Assembly (NCBI GenBank): GCA_963726745.1
Contig: CAVSDR010000003.1
Location: 800,001-864,000 of the forward strand
Direction of reading: 5' to 3'
DNA from: an uncultured Verrucomicrobiae bacterium
GTDB taxonomy: Bacteria > Verrucomicrobiota > Verrucomicrobiia > Chthoniobacterales > UBA10450
DNA length: 64,000 nucleotides
The position numbers and the translations under genes were made by a program. The first letter of the stretch is position 1; every line of letters starts with the position of its first letter. Below are positions 61,449 to 64,000 of this stretch, piece by piece. The notes beneath the pieces were generated by a model. That model did no database searches, had not been told where the DNA came from, and saw nothing but the letters and a program-made list of their open reading frames with translations.

Positions 61449-62147
61449 CGGGCCCGAGCGGCGAGCGGTGAGCGCGAGAATGCGCGCTTTTTTGCCGGCA
61501 TAATCCAGCGCACGAAAAGTCCGGATCTCCTCGAGGCGGCGCAGGCCGTTGAGGGTATCGAGGAATTTCGTGTAGCTCCCGGCCAGCTCCCCGGTCTCGG
61601 CATAACGTCCGCGCAAATCCCGGCAGCGATACGCTCCGGGATTTTTCGCGGCGAAAAGGTGGAAGCGCAGCCAGCGCCGATCGGTCCGCGAGACCTTTTG
61701 CGTCTTCCGAAAGAAGGCCACGAAAAGCAGGAGCACGAGATAGGTATCGACCTGCGCCTGCAGCTCGAGATTGCGCGCATACTCCTCCGCGTGGATCTCG
61801 CGCGCGCCTTGCTGGAATTGCAGGGCCGCGTGCAGCGCATGGTTGATCTCCTCCACAAAGGCGATCAGCGAGCGGATGTTCGCGTCGCTTAACCCATTCC
61901 GCGGGTCGTGCCGCTCGAGCTGCTCGATCAGCCAGCGCGAGTAATAAATGCCGACGTAAAGCTGGTCGTCCGCGCGCCGGAGAAAAGTGCGCGCGAGTTC
62001 GCTGAGCTCGCGCGCGGAAGCGCCAGCGGCTTTTGTCAGTTGCGCGCAGCGCGGCCCATCGATCAGGCAATCCTCAAGGTTGATCCCGACCTGCGCATAG
62101 GTCCGCTCAAAGAGTTTTTGGATCTGGCTGAAGAGCGTCTCGTTCAT
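61431..62147 (-). CDS. Hypothetical protein (possible zincin-like fold)
   Basis: Clean 238-aa ORF coupled to the upstream gene; EEINH and LELQAQVD motifs. Confidence 0.75.
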   Translation of the reverse strand: MNETLFSQIQKLFERTYAQVGINLEDCLIDGPRCAQLTKAAGASARELSELARTFLRRADDQLYVGIYYSRWLIEQLERHDPRNGLSDANIRSLIAFVEEINHALHAALQFQQGAREIHAEEYARNLELQAQVDTYLVLLLFVAFFRKTQKVSRTDRRWLRFHLFAAKNPGAYRCRDLRGRYAETGELAGSYTKFLDTLNGLRRLEEIRTFRALDYAGKKARILALTARRSGPLLLGG

Positions 62148-62836
62148 CCCAGAAGAGAGGATGCGCTCGCACTGTCGAGATTGAGCAGGCGATCGGTCAG
62201 GTCATTCAGCGCCAGGCGCACTTCGCGGAAGCGGTCGGCTAATTCTTCGAAGACATCGCTCAACTCGCAGCGGCGCGCGGTCGCGTGGGACGAGACGAGC
62301 TGGTAATTACTCCGCCCCACCTGCTCGTAAAACTTCAGGTCGGGCGCGCCCCGCAGGCTGCGGCGCTGCGTATTTTCGTGGAAGATTCCGCTGAGGAATA
62401 ACGAGTAGTTCCCCACGTGCGCCCGCAGGAGGAAAGCCTGCTCGGAAGAGGCGCGGGTGAGCGCGATCAACATGTCGGAAATATATTGCCGGCCGCGTTC
62501 CGGCGGCAGGTGCGGACTTTGCAGGCCGTTCATGCGCGAGAACGTTTCCAGGAGCGAGGCGACGTAATCGCAGAGCTTGCGGTCGTTAATCCCGGCCTGC
62601 TGGAGCACGTAACGCGCGAGCACGTAAAAGTAGAACTGCGAGGAAATCGCCAGCTGCCCGGCGTTTTCCAGGATCGCCCGGATGAGCCGTGGGCTGTCGA
62701 GCACGGCGTCGCGCGTCTCGGCGTCGCCCAGCAGATCTGCCAGCGAGACCGACTCGGTTTGCGAGCGCGCCAGGGTGCGCACCACAAAGTCAAAATCCGC
62801 CGCGGTAAACCGCTCCCGACAATTCGCTCGAATCAT
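62144..62836 (-). CDS. Hypothetical protein
   Basis: GNYSLFLSGIF, FYEQVGRSNY, LADRF; ATGA overlap with the downstream gene. Confidence 0.8.
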   Translation of the reverse strand: MIRANCRERFTAADFDFVVRTLARSQTESVSLADLLGDAETRDAVLDSPRLIRAILENAGQLAISSQFYFYVLARYVLQQAGINDRKLCDYVASLLETFSRMNGLQSPHLPPERGRQYISDMLIALTRASSEQAFLLRAHVGNYSLFLSGIFHENTQRRSLRGAPDLKFYEQVGRSNYQLVSSHATARRCELSDVFEELADRFREVRLALNDLTDRLLNLDSASASSLLG

Positions 62837-62939
62837 CGAGATCGGAGTATGAGCAGGCGCCGGGCCGTTGGCAAGAAAGCCTGCCGCCGGTGAAGTTGCC
62901 GGCTCTTTTTCGCCTAACGAGTCGTGGGCCCGGCGGCCG

Positions 62940-63458
62940 CTAGAGACCGGCGGGGTGGCGCGCCTCAAAACCGCGCGGCGTGCGCGGCGTGGCCTGCCAG
63001 CGCGGCGCCCAATGCCGGTCGCGCCGCATCGTGTTCCAAGCGGTCGTGTCCAGCCGCAGCCCGGCGATGACCGCGAAGGTGTGGCCATTGCGCGCGTAGA
63101 CCGTGATCCACTTGCCCTGCCCGCGATTCCCGAAGCGCCGGAAATCGGACGAGCTCATGGGCGACTTCACGATCCCGGCGGCTCCGAGCGCATACGAGAT
63201 CGTGCCCGAGCAATCGTAGCCGGAATCGCTGAAAGAACGGTGCCCGCCGCCGTAGCGATACGGTTTCGAGCGAAGCTGATTAGCCGCCCAGATGGCGCGC
63301 TTCACTTCCAGCGGGGCCTGCGCCGGGGCGAGCGCGAGATTGCCGCGCAACGTCGCGCGCGTGCCGGGCACGGTAGGGCCGTTTTCTGGAAAAGGGGACG
63401 CCTGCGCGAGCGTGGCCAGGCCCAGAAAGCCGAAGGCGAGAAAATGGGGGATTTTCAC
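62940..63458 (-). CDS. NlpC/P60-like secreted peptidoglycan endopeptidase (paralog of 32218-33042)
   Basis: PYRYGGGH, YDCSGTIS, GHTF; the same C-terminal ARHPAGL. Confidence 0.87.
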   Translation of the reverse strand: MKIPHFLAFGFLGLATLAQASPFPENGPTVPGTRATLRGNLALAPAQAPLEVKRAIWAANQLRSKPYRYGGGHRSFSDSGYDCSGTISYALGAAGIVKSPMSSSDFRRFGNRGQGKWITVYARNGHTFAVIAGLRLDTTAWNTMRRDRHWAPRWQATPRTPRGFEARHPAGL

Positions 63459-63514
63459 GGGCTGTTCTTTAGCCGGGAAGGCGGCAAAAGCCAGCGATTT
63501 CCCCCAGCGCCGGC

Positions 63515-64000
63515 TCACAGGGTTTTCAGGAATTCCACCAGCGCTTCCTTCTCTTCGGGCGTGAGCTCAGTGCCGTAGAGATGCCCCCCATTTCCCTCGC
63601 CCCGCCGGCGGGTGTCGAAGAGAAAGAAAGTGTCGGCTAATTCCCCGCGCGGCCCGAGGCGGCGCGGCTCCGGTTCCTTCCAACCGACTTTCACCGGATC
63701 GAAAACGTCGTAGCCGCGGTGAAAGGTGACCGGGCGTTCCGCCGGCGGATTGAGCAAATCGCGCAAAGTCGGCACGGAACCGTTGTGGAGATAAGGCGCG
63801 CGCAGCCAGAGGCCGTCGAGCGGCGGCGAGATGTAGCCATACGGATCGAGCTCGGTCATCGGCGGCCGGTCGATGCCCATCTCCTTCACTTTCCGGTTCG
63901 CTTCTTCCGCAGCTGCTTTCGACCAGGAATGCATCCGCTCCTCGTCCGTGCCGACCTCGGCGATGGGGATGACTTTGTTCGTGCGGTCGCCGCGCGGCTC
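63515..64000 (-). CDS. C-terminal part of a RoxA-like/di-heme cytochrome c family protein (truncated by the window edge)
   Basis: PPLDGLWLRAPYLHNGSVPTLRDLL, GNGGHLYG, LVEFLKTL. Confidence 0.8.
   Translation of the reverse strand, partial: EPRGDRTNKVIPIAEVGTDEERMHSWSKAAAEEANRKVKEMGIDRPPMTELDPYGYISPPLDGLWLRAPYLHNGSVPTLRDLLNPPAERPVTFHRGYDVFDPVKVGWKEPEPRRLGPRGELADTFFLFDTRRRGEGNGGHLYGTELTPEEKEALVEFLKTL

Larger units (their letters stand above)
231..62921. repeat. Dispersed iterated word, consensus GCCTAACGAG (core CTAACGA)
   Basis: 37 core copies counted by eye on both strands; positions are listed in the findings. Confidence 0.93.

Noticed and set aside
231..62921. The iterated word as a CRISPR repeat, REP element or IS end
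   Set aside because: It is too short, irregularly spaced, mostly inside CDS, forms no hairpin pairs, and has no cas or transposase genes nearby.
231..62921. The iterated word as a systematic basecalling error at a modified base
   Set aside because: Conserved residues in different frames (PhrB Arg, WaaA Leu, the deaminase stop) all need the bases as written. Not fully excluded without short reads.
32218..63458. The two NlpC/P60 genes as a recent duplication or mobile repeat
   Set aside because: Similarity is mainly at protein level in the catalytic domain and the N-termini differ, so they are ordinary paralogs.

Overview
A 64-kb, GC-rich (roughly 65% by eye), gene-dense bacterial chromosome segment. 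The PEP-CTERM/VPDSG-like surface proteins, LANISAR-repeat exoproteins and waaA suggest Verrucomicrobiota, probably Chthoniobacterales (inference). It holds about 65 CDS and one tRNA-Glu(TTC). Housekeeping genes include waaA, rsmD, glmM, scpB, fumC, a Dus enzyme and kynA. There is a light/UV-repair cluster (class II CPD photolyase, FeS-type PhrB/CryB photolyase, nearby BLUF protein), an Xre-RES toxin-antitoxin pair and many secreted peptidases. About a dozen frameshifts, including in waaA and fumC, point to long-read indel errors. I saw no integrase, transposase, CRISPR array or rRNA. The most striking signal is not a gene but a dispersed non-palindromic word, consensus GCCTAACGAG(TC). I counted 37 copies of its core CTAACGA and 24 of GCCTAACGA by eye, against about 4 and about 0.4 expected from base composition. 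It sits in genes in all six reading frames through rare codons, forms six stop codons, and occurs between genes. This resembles DNA-uptake, Chi or HIP1-type genome-wide signals. A related word, GGCTAAWT, is also enriched. A 245-bp duplicate of the photolyase 3' end carries almost only synonymous changes and sits beside a duplicated unannotated 53-aa gene, which looks like integration of DNA from a relative (or a strain-chimeric assembly).
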